Source of the DNA: Octopus vulgaris
Lineage: Eukaryota
Length of the DNA stretch: 64,000 nt
Direction of reading: 5' to 3'
Assembly: GCA_951406725.2 (NCBI GenBank)
Contig: OX597816.1
Span: 97,216,001-97,280,000, forward strand
Part shown: piece after piece, positions 24,301 through 37,959 of the stretch
Layout of the letters: every line of letters begins with the position of its first letter
How positions within the stretch are numbered: the stretch's first letter is position 1
Translations under genes and position numbers: made by a program
Notes under the pieces: generated by a model
The model's input: only the letters and a program-made list of their open reading frames with translations
The model's database searches: none
What the model was told of the DNA's origin: nothing

Positions 24301-26609
24301 ATATATATATATGTATGTATGTATACACACTTCTTTTCTTGGAACAATGAAAGCTCTATATTTGCATGCTGTTAATTATATCTTTCTGTGCTTCGAGATA
24401 TACTGTTTAAGATCTCTCCAAACTTTATTAATTTCTATTATAAAATTGTCATTATACTTGTGACTGTGCGCAAACTGAAACAATAGCATCGTGAACTAAG
24501 AATTATAGAAACAAATTATTATATTCTTTTTTTCAGTTATTATTATGTGATATTCTGTATTTTTACTTATGAACACAATTATAATTGGTCAAAAGCACCT
24601 CTCCCTATTACTGTCACAAATTCCTAGAAGGGTAGTTCTGCTATACTTTTATTCTTTTACTTGTTTCTGTCACTTGACTGCCGTCGTGCTGGTTGGGATT
24701 ACTTCCATCGTATCGGTCAGCCTCTTTCTTTGTCTCTTTCATAGTCTGTCTGTCTTTCTCCCACCTTTCTCTCTCTCTCTCTTCTCTTTCATAGTGTATG
24801 CAACCGTTCTATTCAAATTGATGTTCATTTTATTCGGGATACCAATGCTTAAGATATCATTTATTTTGTCTCTCGTTATACACCTATTCTCTTAACCTTG
24901 CATCTCAATCATTTTTCTACATAATCTCACACACTGTCGCTAGAAGTGCTTCTATATTGTTAGCTTACCGTTTATAACCGTCTTTAAGTACAGGCAGAGA
25001 TGTTGGTGAAGCTGATACGTTAGGAAAATCTCGAACCACACTCCAATGCGTTTTATTACTACCATTATTTTCTCCATCGTGTTAGTGGTATTTCTTACTA
25101 TTACAGTTTTCTAAGCATTTGTTTATTTGATCGCTATAGCGTCTGTTACTTTTATAGCTCTCTAGTCCCTTGATGGCTGGAAATGTCGTCTGACATTTCT
25201 TTATGACTTTTCTGACTTTCATGTTGTTTCTGTCGTTTAGTAACAGGTCAGCTGGAATCGAACACACTTATATGATAAATGGCGTTCCTGTAGTCATCAT
25301 AGTAACTGTTCTCCTGAATAGTATATCTTCCTTTTTTCTTTGAAACACTATTGTGATTTGAAAGAGATTTGGTTGCTATTTCTACCAAATCGTGTTAAAC
25401 TATGTAAAACATATTAATTTATTTGCTATAGATTAACGTATATATATTATATTAAAAATGTATGTGTGTAAGCCTACATACATGCATACATACAAACACG
25501 TATATATGTACATAAACATATATATATAAATATATATATAGGCATGTGTGTGTATATGTATGTATATATGTATGTATGCATGCATATATGTACCTGCCTA
25601 TCTATCTATCTATCTAGCTATACATACATATATACATACATACATACATGCATACATATATATATATGTGTGTGTGTGTGTGTGTATATATACATAAGTC
25701 TGTGTATATCAGTGTGTGTGTGTATTAATGTATGTATGTACGTGTTTATGGATGTGTGAACAGAAAAATGAGATTTACTTTCACACACGAATATGTTAGG
25801 TAACTGTCAACCCAACAAATTGAAATTCTGTCTAAAAGGTTAAAATCCACTTCAACCCAACACTGTTTCAACATGGTTGAAATAGGAATCTTTACGAATA
25901 TAGAAATTTTTACTTAAGGGACATTTTTCGGCAAAACAATTCCCAACAATTAAATTAAACATACTAAAAGTAGCTATGATGAAAAAAATAACAAAATTCA
26001 AAATTATATATAAATGAAGATTCATGAGTTTTGTTAAAGTCAATATAAATATTTTTAATAAATCATCATGTGCACAGTGACATCACATCATCTCAATGAA
26101 TCAAGGGAACACAAAAGCTCTCAAAGGAGAAATTATTTTCCATAGTCCAAATACAATTTGCATAGTCATGTTCGACTTTACCATAACGTATAAAGGAATA
26201 ATTAACTATGTCATTGTTTTGATGAATGAATTTTCTTTGCTACAATCTATCTTGTAATTTGCTTTACTAAATTCTAACCAATATTCTAACCTATAATTTT
26301 GAATTGAGTTCGAGGTTTTCTACAACTGTTATATTGTGGGTATAAAATTTTATCGTTATATGTTTATATGCACAGTTTTAGAGGCGAATCTGGTGTTTAA
26401 ACATAAATAATATGTATATAAAGTTTAGTTATAAAGTTGGTATTTTGATGAAACAGTAATTGTGCATTTAACTATAGTGTAATTTGTACATTGACTCGCG
26501 GTCAAGTCTATGTTTACACCCTTGGATTTTGACTGATTTAGAGAATAGCAAAAATAATATATGTTTGAAATATTGATATATCCAGACCAGACCTATGATT
26601 ACAGACATC

Positions 26610-26835
26610 CTAACAATAATAATCCTTTCTGCTAAAGGCACAAAGCCTGAATTTTGGCGGGAAGGAACAAGTCACTTACATCGAACCCAGTGTTTCACGG
26701 ATACTTAATATATCGACCCCGAAAGGATGAAAGGCAAAGTAGACCTGAGCGGAATTTGAACTCACTACGCAGCGACGGGCGAAATGCTGCTAAACATTTC
26801 ATCCAGCTTACTAACGATTCTTCCAGCTCGCCGCC

Positions 26836-26836
<1 letters not shown>
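26610..26836 (-). mobile_element. tRNA-derived SINE (ggcggcgagctgg family)
   Basis: GAGTTCAAATTCC B box, ctttcatcctttcggggtcgat central block; copies at 38706-38875 and 41278-41497. Confidence 0.85.
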
Positions 26837-26912
<76 letters not shown>

Positions 26913-26929
26913 AATAAATAAATAAATAA

Positions 26930-27478
26930 ATGCCCTGATGCAGTACCAGGCAGTGGCTCTCATGGCTTCCGATCTTAACATGATTGGAAGTGTTATCATG
27001 TACATTGCTTTGTCATGGTATAAAAGATGGGCTACAGCAAATATTCTGCTCAATGCCACAGATTTACTTGTCAGTTGTTTAACCTTAACCAGTTGAGCAT
27101 GTCCCTTAGTGGTTGACGATATGCGCATCTCTGATCACAAGCAGAAGTAGTGAGGGAGCATCATAGCCGTGTGCTGAAAGAAATTCTTAGATGTTTAGAT
27201 AATACACCTTTGGAAACATAGGCGTTTCGTTCAACATCCTTAAACAACCCTTATTCAAGGACCTTTTGAGCGGGATGGGCTACTCGACCAGAAGAAAATT
27301 CTAACTGGGTCACCTGCAAGGTGATGTGCTGCTTACCTTGATATGGGATGACGATGTTGCGCACATAAGGTTGTGATATATGTGCCTGGTGTACCCTTTT
27401 CAGACGGGTAGTCATGATGGGTATATTGGGCTTCGTATATTTTACCCCAGTATCACTTTGATGGCATGCACTGCTCTC

Positions 27479-27480
<2 letters not shown>
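26930..27480 (-). mobile_element. Non-autonomous retroelement between (TAA)n tracts, probably LINE-derived
   Basis: GC-richer block bounded by (TAA)n on both sides; no ORF. Confidence 0.5.
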
Positions 27481-27536
<56 letters not shown>

Positions 27537-27649
27537 TCTAACCTTTTTTTTAAACACATTTTGAAAGTTGTTATTTCTAGGGACTCGAACGACCTCTTAT
27601 AGTTCCTCTCGTTGGCGCGTTTCTCTACAGCTTTTACCTAACATAACTG

Positions 27650-27862
27650 GTTGCTGTAAAGTTCATAACATTAGGTAAAGGAAAATACAGGGGCATTAGT
27701 TAATTATGATGTTTTTCAACATATTCCCGTCTCAGGTTTATACACTTATTGCAGCAGTCCTTCAGTTTTCCTAAATCCTGCAAAAGAACTCGGAAGGTTG
27801 GGCTTCCAACCAGGTTTTTCACGATAACTTTAAAGCCAGGAAATTTTCAGCATCCCCTCGTA
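27650..27862. mobile_element. Mariner-derived MITE, second copy with degraded left TIR
   Basis: Similar to 14058-14271; right end gccaggaaattttcagcatcccctcgTA. Confidence 0.8.
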
Positions 27863-29132
27863 TAACTGAAAGTTTCTTATCGACGTAGCCTTGGCAGTGT
27901 TCATCAAATTCCCTCTTCCGCATCAATATCCTCCTAAATCTTTCCTATATGGGAATCAATAGGAATTAATATGCTCCTGCCAGATGTTTTACACTAATCT
28001 TGCCTTCTTTTCTACCTATACTTCTCTGTTAACAAAGAATAGATATGTTAATCGACTTTCCAACATAGAAGTTCCATTCTATAACTTTCCTTTATAGTCC
28101 ATCAACATCCTCTTGAGAAACTCGATGATCAATAATCTTAGTGGCTATATACTTTGAATAATTTCCAAAAGTTCCTGAATGAATCTGCATATAAAAGGGT
28201 AAAACCTAACTGTAACCGCAAGCCAAAGTGAAGTAGCACGCACGGTAGCCTATATGTGGTCGCTAAATTTGCTGGAAATAGCAGTGAAGTCTCTGGATAA
28301 CATAATGCTTTGTACCAGGACTGACACTTCCTTGGTACTCGACGAAAACTAATACGAAGCTACAGGCAACAACGCACGGCAATAATTCAAAATGGTCTAT
28401 TATTGTTCACTTAGTATCCCGACCCTGCTATTATACTCTTTTATTTCTATATATAAATCTAGTAGCTTTTGTACATACCGTATAGTTATGATACACAATA
28501 GAGCCATTACAAGCAATTTCGAACGTAAATTGAATCATTATTTAGGAATATTAAGATTACAGTTAAAACAAATGAATTTATAAGCTCAGATATTTATATT
28601 TAATTGTAGCTGTGACTTTATTAAATATTTCTCCAAGATATAATAAATAAAATTAGATCATATGTAATTGTGAATATTTGAATAAATATACATAAACAAA
28701 TTCAGATAATTGTTTTTATAGTACGAAATTCATAAAGAAATGTTAGTCGACATATCCAGCCATCAGGGGACTACATAGCCAAAAAAACAACAGACACTAA
28801 GGCGACCAGATGAACATAATTCCACAAAACAGTTAAAATAAGAAATACCAGTAACAAAATAACATAAACAACAAAAAATAATAATTTAATAAAACAGTAG
28901 AGTGTGGTCAGAGATTCTACTGCTTTATCACCCCAACACCGTGTTAAATAAGTTTATAAAACAAGATAGCAAAATAGACGACGTTGGAAGAGAAGGGTAT
29001 GAAACTATGAACTGAGTAAAAGAGAGAGACCAAGAATGAGAGAGAGAGGATTTATATACATACAGATCTATCAATCTATCTACCTAGATACATATGTGCG
29101 CATGAGTCTGTGTGTGTATGTGTGTATGTATG

Positions 29133-29177
<45 letters not shown>

Positions 29178-29629
29178 GCACGTGTACATGCATACGGCTA
29201 CACATGCACATGTACATGCGTACAAATTCAAGAAAGAACTGTACTCAATACGGTATATTTATAGATAAATATATAGACTCTTGAGTCAACCTCTGATTAT
29301 CTCCGTGTACCTATTTGTATGTATCTATGTACGTGTGTATGTATGTATGTACGTGTGTATGTATGCATGAATGTATGTATGTATGTATGTATGTATGTAT
29401 GTATGTATGTATGTATGTATGTATGTATGTATGTATGCATGTATGCATGTATGTATGTATGTATGTATGTATGTATGTATGTATGTATGTATGTATGTAT
29501 GCATGTATGCATGCATGTAAGTTAGTATGTTTGTGTGTCTGCATGTATATGTAAATATGTGTATTTTTTTGTATCAATTTTGTATATATTAGCTTGGTAT
29601 ATATGCATCTATCTATCAATCAATCTGTC

Positions 29630-29800
29630 TTTTTAAATTTTTTTTTGTTCTTTTCTTCCCTTTTACGATCCCTCTTGATCGAAAACCTACGCCACCCCTT
29701 TTTTTTGTTTTTTGTTTTTTTTCATCCCCCAAAAGAAAAGCTCTACCTTGTAACTTGTCCCATCTGTGTGCAGCCCTGTGTGGCCAATAAAGAAACTTAT
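29630..29800 (+). mobile_element. 3' tail of the L1/Tx1-like family seen at 48646-50432
   Basis: aaagaaaagctctaccttgtaa...gcagccctgtgtggccAATAAAgaaacttatcta shared with 50365-50440. Confidence 0.85.
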
Positions 29801-29922
29801 CTATATATATATATATATATCTGTCTCTCTGTTTGTTTGTCTACTGTCTGTCTGTCTGTCTATCTGTCTCTCTGTCTATCTATATACGTACATACATAAC
29901 TATATATGTAGTTTTATATATA

Positions 29923-29976
<54 letters not shown>

Positions 29977-30005
29977 GTACATGCCTAACTCTCTATCTCT
30001 CTCTA

Positions 30006-30111
<106 letters not shown>

Positions 30112-30611
30112 CATACATACATATATATACATATATTCATATGCACTTATATATATGTACATACATAGCTATATATGTATACATGTATGTATATTTTATA
30201 CGCACACACGCACACACACGCACGTTCATACACACCTATACACACACACACGCACACACATGCAAGCACACCGATATTTATGGTGTGAGCCCAAGAAAAG
30301 TTAAGTGAAAATATTTACACTACAACATAGAAGAACTGATAATTTAATGAATTTAATATTAGCAAAAATGTAATATTTTTCCCAATCAACACATTAAAAC
30401 CCTACTGTGTTTATTTATGATGTTAAAAGCAATTATATCAAACAACCTTTTATAAAATACCTGTACTTGCTAACCACAGCTTTTAAAAGATACAATATAG
30501 TTGTGTATAATTTTAATTGGAAGGTAACGAAAGACATAAATACTTCTAACATATGCTCCAAAATATAATATTCGGAGAATACAAAACTGAATCTATATAA
30601 ATTTACGGGCG

Positions 30612-30785
30612 TAGGCCTAGCTGTGTGGTGAGAAGCTTGCTTTCAAACAAGATGATTCCAGATCAAGTTCGACAACATGACACTTTGGGCAAGTGTCTTC
30701 TACTATAGCTTCGGCCAGGGCAAAGCTTTGTGAGTGGATTTGGTAAACAGAAACTGATAGAACCGGTCGTCTGTGTGTGTCTGCA
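30612..30785 (+). mobile_element. Major SINE, 5' half
   Basis: gctgtgtggtgagaagcttgct...tttgggcaagtgtcttctactatagc. Confidence 0.85.
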
Positions 30786-30804
30786 TATATATATAACTTT
30801 CTCA

Positions 30805-30837
<33 letters not shown>

Positions 30838-30884
30838 TCATCATCATCATCATCATCATCATCGTTTAACGTCCGCTTTCCATG

Positions 30885-31040
30885 TAGTTGTGGCTGTGCT
30901 TCCTAACGACGTGGTTCTGGGTACACTTGCCCAAGGTGCCACCGCGTGGCACCTTTGGCAAGAGTCTTCTACTATTGCCTCGGCCGAATAAAGCTTTGTC
31001 AATGGATTTGGTTGACGGAAACTGGAAGAAGCCCGTCATA
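30885..31040 (+). mobile_element. Major SINE, 5' half (its 3' half is at 32810-33097)
   Basis: gcgtggcacctttggcaag...gacggaaactg.aagaagcccgtc. Confidence 0.8.
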
Positions 31041-31049
31041 TATGCTATA

Positions 31050-31371
31050 TATAATCAAAATAAGCAACAAGGATATCCAGAGGTAATGAAGTACGATCGT
31101 TTCAAGCAACTCCATTTAATTTAACAATGCAATCATTGCATCAATTTAAATGTAGAGAAATTCTAATTTCTTCGACCGCATATAAACTGATGTAATGATT
31201 GCATTGTTCAATTAAATGGAGTTGCTTGAAACGATCGTACTGCATTACCGCTGGATATCCTTGTTGCTTATTTTGATTTTAATCACCTTATTTTGAAATT
31301 GTATGGATAATACCGTACTAAATTCTGGAGCCTCAACTTGATTACCATATTGATCTGAATCTAAATTTTTG

Positions 31372-31372
<1 letters not shown>
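31050..31372. mobile_element. Fold-back element (arms ~31053-31152/31178-31279) with right tail
   Basis: Near-perfect inverted arms; HHR-like remnant CUGAUGU...GAAAC-GAUC-GUA. Confidence 0.8.
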
Positions 31373-31449
<77 letters not shown>

Positions 31450-31546
31450 CGGGAAGCTTTATGAAAATAAACAAAAGACGAAGGCAGGTGGAAAACAAAC
31501 GAACAATTGTATTAGTATGGCGCTCAGGAAATATAAATAAAACAAG

Positions 31547-31584
31547 TCTTTAACGTTTCGAGCCTACGCTCTTCAACAGAAAGA
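31547..31584 (-). ncRNA. Minimal hammerhead, A6U core variant
   Basis: UCUUU-CUGUUGA-A-GAGC-GUAG-GCUC-GAAAC-GUU-AAAGA. Confidence 0.65.
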
Positions 31585-31816
31585 TACACAGAGAGAGAAA
31601 AACACAGAAAGAAGGAGAGAAAAAAATGCGTGCAGTAGCTAACGAATCAACATGGCGATCTGATTTCGGCCAGAGGTCAAAGATCAAACATGAGACGCGA
31701 GAGCGAAATAAGGGGAGATATTAGGGTTGATAAACGGGTTGAGGGACCAGCTAAAAGTGCGTGGGAGGGGTCTGGATGTGTGTATGTATAGGGTTGGTGT
31801 ATGTATTAGTATGTAT

Positions 31817-31859
<43 letters not shown>

Positions 31860-32406
31860 AGAGAGTATTAGTGCGTAAGATTGGTCTGGACGTGCGTATG
31901 TATGGGGTTGGTGCATGTATTAGTATGTATAGGTGTGTGTGTGTGTGTGTGAGAGAGTATAAGTGCGTATGCGGGGTCTGGACGTGTGTATGTATAGGGT
32001 TGGTGTAAGTATTAGTATGTACTAGTATGTATTAGTACGTATTAGTAGGTATTAGTTGGTGTGTGTATTAGTATGGCACATCATATGTGATGTGATGTGT
32101 AAAGTCATGTGGTGTAGTGAGGAGAAGAGGGGGAGGGGGAGAAGAAGGGGGAGAGAAGGGGAGGGGAAGAAGAGGGGGAGGAGAAGGGGGAGAGGAGAGG
32201 ATGGGGAGAAGGAAGGGGATGAGGGGGATGAAGGAGGAAAGAGGGAGAGGGGGAGAGAGAAGGGGAGAGAGGGAGTGAGGGAGCAGAGGGAAGGGGAAGA
32301 GGGAGGGAGAAAGAGGGAAGAAGGGAAGGGGAGTAGGGGTAAAAGGATGAAGGACTGAAGAAGTAGGGGTCGGGGGGAGAAAGGATAGGTGAGGAGGGGG
32401 GTGAGG

Positions 32407-32808
32407 TTAGATGAGGAGGGGGGGAGAGTTGAGACCAAATGGCGTATAAGAGCGAAGAGAGAAGATTAATTCCTGTTCACGGCGCAAACGGGAATCCGGA
32501 TGGCCTCTGTGTAAGGACAAACCGAACACAGATAGGTGTTGCAAGGAGTGACCGGTTGAGCGGAAATGGCGTGAGACCGGTGTGTCGTTCGCAAGGTGGA
32601 TGTCACGAAGGTGTTCCGCGAACCGGTCAGCCAAGCGGCGTCCCGTTTGTCCGATGTACAAGGAATTGCAGAGAGAGCAAGAGATGCAATAGATAATATT
32701 GCTGGAGGTGCAGGTGAAGGAGTGGATGATGGGATAGGGTCGATGGTGGGTGCTAGTGAGGCGGGTGGTGTTGGAGATGTAAGGGCAAGTGCGGCAACGT
32801 GGGCGGGA
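32407..32808 (-). pseudogene. PLE C-terminal Cys-rich linker plus GIY-YIG endonuclease (truncated ORF)
   Basis: RPRCRTCPY...FTCTSSNIIYCISCSLCNSLYIGQTGRRLADRFAEH...RREQELIFSL...PFGLN. Confidence 0.9.
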
Positions 32809-32809
32809 T

Positions 32810-32825
32810 ATATATGTTTGTTTGC

Positions 32826-32868
<43 letters not shown>

Positions 32869-33097
32869 TGTGTATGCATGTGTGTCTGTATTTGACTACC
32901 CGCCATCTCTTGACAACCGATGCTGGTGTGTTTGCGTCCCCGTAACTTAGCGGTTCGGCAAAACAGACCGATAGAATAAGTACTAGGTTTATAATGAACA
33001 AGTGCTGGGGTCGATTTCTTCGACTAACACCCGTTAAGGTGGTGCTCCAGCATGGCTGCAGTCAAATGACTGAACCAAGTAAAAGAATAAAAGAATA
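32810..33097 (+). mobile_element. Major SINE, 3' half
   Basis: ttgacaaccgatgctggtg...gcggttcggcaaaa...ccagcatggc.gcagtcaaatgactgaa.caagtaaaaga. Confidence 0.88.
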
Positions 33098-33759
33098 TAT
33101 ATACCTAAGATGTATAACATTGTTCTAATTAGAAGAAATAATAGATAATGTTTATTTTGTGTAACATTTTAATGCACTCTCTTCCTACATCTTTTGATTA
33201 CAACTTTGCGGCTTAATTCTTTAATTTTCCTTCCCAGTCGTTGTAAAGATGTAATTGTTTCTGCTGTTTCCAGCATTTCCTTCTCCGCAACCCCTTGCTT
33301 TCTTTGCTTGCAGCATTCTTGCCTACACATCAATCACCGTCACGTTGTGTTTTTACTAATCCAACTGATCTTGTTTTACATTGCATTCAGTATTCTTGCC
33401 AATAAATATAATGACCCTCTCGGCTATTTATAACCAGTTTGTGTGCTCCCCCAATTCAAGTGACCTACATGTGTCTTAGAACAGTGCTAGATAAGTGTTC
33501 TCTCAGAGAAACCTCTCAAAGAGACTTGTGTCTTAAGGGACATAAGGTTTGCTCAGAATGTGGTGGAGATCAAATGAAGTCGAACAACAGTGTCTGACGA
33601 TCCGCTGTTCACACTGTGAGTGAACTCTGTGTTTTTAGCATACTAATTTCTTTGAGAAGTTATCTCGGCAACAAAATTGAAGCTGGAGCTGTCGCACGTT
33701 CTTATATACACTATAAATGTTATATACACAGTTTTCATATGACTTTTCAAGTGCGTGCG

Positions 33760-33877
<118 letters not shown>

Positions 33878-35036
33878 ATGTATATATGTATGCGAGTGTC
33901 TACATAAACAGAAAACATTGATTATTCTCTTCTCAAAAAATATTATTAACGATAGGAAACATGGTTTTATAAGGAACTGAGAAAACCAGTTTTATAGATT
34001 GAGTGGAATTGCAGGCTGGGTGTTTTACCGTATTTTGTTTCAATGATTTACACCAATTGAACATGCTAGCGAGGTGAATATCGCCTTTTCTCCCTTTCAG
34101 CTAGATCAACAAAATCACAAGGAACTGGCACCGAGTCAATCGAGTATATCCACCTTCTATAATTTCATGGCTTTGTGCCAATACAATTATATAACGAATT
34201 ATTAAATCTATATTCATGACGTAATATTTATATTTTAGATGTTCTGATACAAAAATAATAAACAAAGTATATATTTCGACTTTATTTAAAATAGTTTTAC
34301 AACGATTTCATTTCACACGCAACAAATAGCTGCCTCATTCTTCCCTCGCCGATGTTTTTTTCACTATTTTATTACTCTTATTCTTTATGATCCCTCTCCG
34401 TGGATTTAATTACCGTGGTAACCGTTTCGTATCTATTATACATCGTGTATATGAAGGGCATAAAAAATGTGCATAACATTTCGTATATTGCTTGTATATT
34501 AGTTGTAGTTGAACACACTCTTAGTCAAAAGCATTTTCAATTTTCTGGTTATTCCATCATAATCGCGATTAGAGTCTGCCCGAAAGCGTTATCTTTATTC
34601 ACCTTATTTAAGATAGTATGATGATTTGAGGGGTTTCAGATGCTATTGCTCGCAGTTCAGCCTACTACCTACATACTCCTTTGTCGTACATTTTGTAAAC
34701 GTAGTTTGTGTAGAAGAAAGCAAACGGTCAATTGTATGAAGTAGCAGAAACTATTTTTAAATTTTACAGGATCATATCCGTTGTGTTTCGTCATGCGTGG
34801 AAGCAATTAATTGGACGCGGTGTGTCTATATACTGAATTTCCTGGAATATTCTTACTATATAATTATCAACAGTAGAACATATAACTCTGAACAACTTAA
34901 CAGAGGATAGTATCTATGTATTAGTTTACTAAATTCTGGGGCTCTTATAGGACAAAAGATGAGTTAGAGATGTTAATATCGTCATTTATAAAATTAGTAT
35001 ATAGCTTTTAATGGGAAGATCTACAAACAGATTTCT

Positions 35037-35768
35037 GACTAGCTTTGGAAAATTTGTTACAATAGCTATCTCCAGAGTCATATCCCAATGATGATCATAT
35101 TCGTCGCAAAAAATCACGTTAAAAAATCACTGGATTTCGCAATTCATTTCAATTATTCCCCAAATTTATTTCCAAGTTATAAAAATTGTTAGCGTACCAG
35201 AAATAGGTCGCAAAAGTCACGTGAAAAGATCGCCGAAAACAATCGCAGTAATGAAAACTTGCAAATCAAAAATTTCAGGATTGTGGGTTCAGATTCAGCC
35301 CGGAATGTTTTTCGTTTACTTACGGAGTCGGCTTATAGATTATAAACATTGTTATCGTACAAAAAATTTCCTCTCAAAAAATCACCTTAAAAAATCGCCG
35401 CAAACAATCGCATAGTTGAAAACTTGCGAATCTAAAATTTCAGGATTGCGGGTCTGGATTCAGTGCGAAATGTTTTTAATTTACGCACGGAGTCAGCCTT
35501 TGGATTATAGAAATTTTTATCGTACAAAAAATTCGTCGTAGATAGTCACGTAAAAAACAAACATCCTAAAACAATTGCAGTAATGAAAACTTGAGAAACC
35601 AAAATTTCAGGATTGTGGATCCGGATTTGGCCCGGAATGTTTTTAATTTACTCACAGATTCGGCCTCGTTCCAAAATGGTTTGATATGTTAAGCTACGGC
35701 CTCTAGGAGTAAAGTTGAAATAGTGTGACACACTGAGGCACTGACATTCGCATTTATTATATTAAATT
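35037..35768 (+). mobile_element. Helitron/Helentron-like non-autonomous element with ~170-bp internal tandem repeats
   Basis: Starts actagct; about three diverged units (aacaatcgcagtaatgaaaacttg...aaaatttcaggattg.gg...cggagtc.gc); ends gacattcgcatttattatat. Confidence 0.55.
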
Positions 35769-36149
35769 AGTAATTACAAACACCCGAATGCACACATGCA
35801 TTCATATACACGCATGCAAACGCATACTCCCAACGCAAACTCATTCAAATACACATGTGCACTTATGCTCATATAAATTTTGCTATCCTCTGCTTGTAAC
35901 TTTCATAGAATTACAAATATTTCTTATTGCGTTTCTTCTTCGTAAATATGGACTTTCTACGAACGGAAACATCCAATACTTAAAAGCTTTCGTGCAAAAT
36001 CCTAGTGTCAATGTCTCCAATTTATGACTATAACTTTGTATCATTACTGCCAAAATGTAGATTTATTGAAAAAGTGCTGTCATCAATAACGTGACGCCAG
36101 GAATTTGCGAACAATGTTATATAAAGCTTATAGCAACAATATTTTTTTA

Positions 36150-36345
36150 TCTATTACTTGTTTCATCCCCCAACTACAGCCATGCTGGGGCACCGCCTTC
36201 GAGGGTTTTAGTCGGAAGAATCAACCCGGGTACTTATTGTTTTAAAAATCTGGTACCTATTCTATCGGTCTCTTCTGCTGAACTGATAAGAGACAGACGT
36301 AAGCATACCAGCACCAGTTGAAAAGCGGTTGTAGGGGAGACACAC
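36150..36345 (-). mobile_element. Major SINE, diverged 3' half
   Basis: acttgtttca...gccatgctggggcaccgcc...tattctatcggtctc. Confidence 0.8.
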
Positions 36346-36859
36346 ATAACGAAATGTTAGTGAAGGATAAAGAAGGCAAGGGTGAGTGAAAGGGGTGCTT
36401 CGCCTAGGGTGACGCTTTTCTTGTGGGGGTGGGTGGGTGACACATTTGGGTCCGCTGTATAAGGTATGATAAATGGCAGATGGCAGTTGGCAACTGGCAG
36501 GTGATTAAGTCAAGGGCTTCCTCGACGGGTGTACACTCTAGTTCCGCCCACTGGAATGAAAGACATTACCAAGCTGGTATGTGTCACTCATGATATATAA
36601 GTATATATATATATATGTTCTCATCAAAGATGAAAATTCGATGACGCATTAAATTCCGCTAAAGGTGCAACGGTATAAATCGGCTACAAAGTGTGACGTT
36701 CATGTCGTTCAACAGAAAGGAATTGAAATCTCGTCGATGGTAAATTAGAAAAGAACAGTTTGGAAAAACTAAATGTTTACAGAACGAAATATTTATACAC
36801 ACACAGACACAGACACACACACACACATATATGCGTGCGTGTATACATGAGAAGACATG

Positions 36860-36917
<58 letters not shown>

Positions 36918-37327
36918 CACACACACACACATATATGTGTGTGGATGTTAATGGACAAAATAACTTTTTTGGTTGAAGTCGATTTTGTTTTCTTTTGTAA
37001 TTCGAAATTAAATGAAATCAAAATATATATTTAGTTTAATTTCAAAACCTCAGTTTTAGATCAATTTCTTTTGATATTTGCTTGGAAACAATTTCATATC
37101 GATTTTTTTTTATCGTTTCTCTATTCAAACAATGTGTTAATTTATAAAACAGATAAATGATTTATTTATTTCTCACATAGCCAACTACAAACAAACAAGC
37201 TAAGAAACTAATCATGCGCCTGTACGTACATACATACATTCATACATTCATACAAATATATACGCAAATAAATATATATATACATAAATACAGACATATA
37301 CATACATATATGTATATATATATGTGC

Positions 37328-37362
<35 letters not shown>

Positions 37363-37363
37363 A

Positions 37364-37420
<57 letters not shown>

Positions 37421-37423
37421 CAA

Positions 37424-37513
<90 letters not shown>

Positions 37514-37851
37514 CATATATATATAAACACATATTTATATAGGTATATATATATATATATACCTATATAAATATATGTATATACATATATATATATATCA
37601 AACAAGGCAAACTTGAACTGTCTATCATGTCATGTCTGATTGAGAATGGATGAACAATAGTAATCACTAGGGTCAATAATTAGAACTAATGATTGTAGGA
37701 GACAATGAATTTTGCGGTGTTGGGGCGTTCAACGCAGAAGTAGCAGTAAGATGAAAATCACCTAATCATAAGCAGATTTTCTTTCAGAAAGTTAATGTAC
37801 AGTCGTTAAGATTAAAATCGAGGTAATCTCAGTGGTTAAATGTCTTGTATG

Positions 37852-37959
37852 TTATTTTCGTGCAGAAGGCTTCACCAGTGATAGGATACTGTCAACTCTT
37901 TCGCCTCTTTGTCCCATCGCATTAGCCGTAGCTGTTGTTGATGCCGTTGTTATTGTGCC
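37852..37959 (-). CDS. Candidate terminal coding exon of an unidentified host gene (35 aa plus stop)
   Basis: Strong acceptor tttcttctttatattttccAG, then open frame GTITTASTTATANAMGQRGERVDSILSLVKPSARK*; no partner exon identified. Confidence 0.3.
   Translation of the reverse strand, partial: GTITTASTTATANAMGQRGERVDSILSLVKPSARK

Larger units (their letters stand above)
31448..32808 (-). mobile_element. 5'-truncated Neptune-type Penelope-like element: GIY-YIG endonuclease, 3' UTR and terminal repeat with HHR
   Basis: Open frame 32808-32407 with Cys-rich linker and GIY-YIG; HHR at 31547-31584; (TA)n flanks. Confidence 0.9.

Noticed and set aside
33586-33630. CAGUGU-CUGACGA...UUC-ACACUG
   Set aside because: Stem I and first box present but no GAAA box or stems II/III
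35230-35670. Regularly spaced repeats as a CRISPR-like array
   Set aside because: Eukaryotic context; whole units repeat and there are no unique spacers
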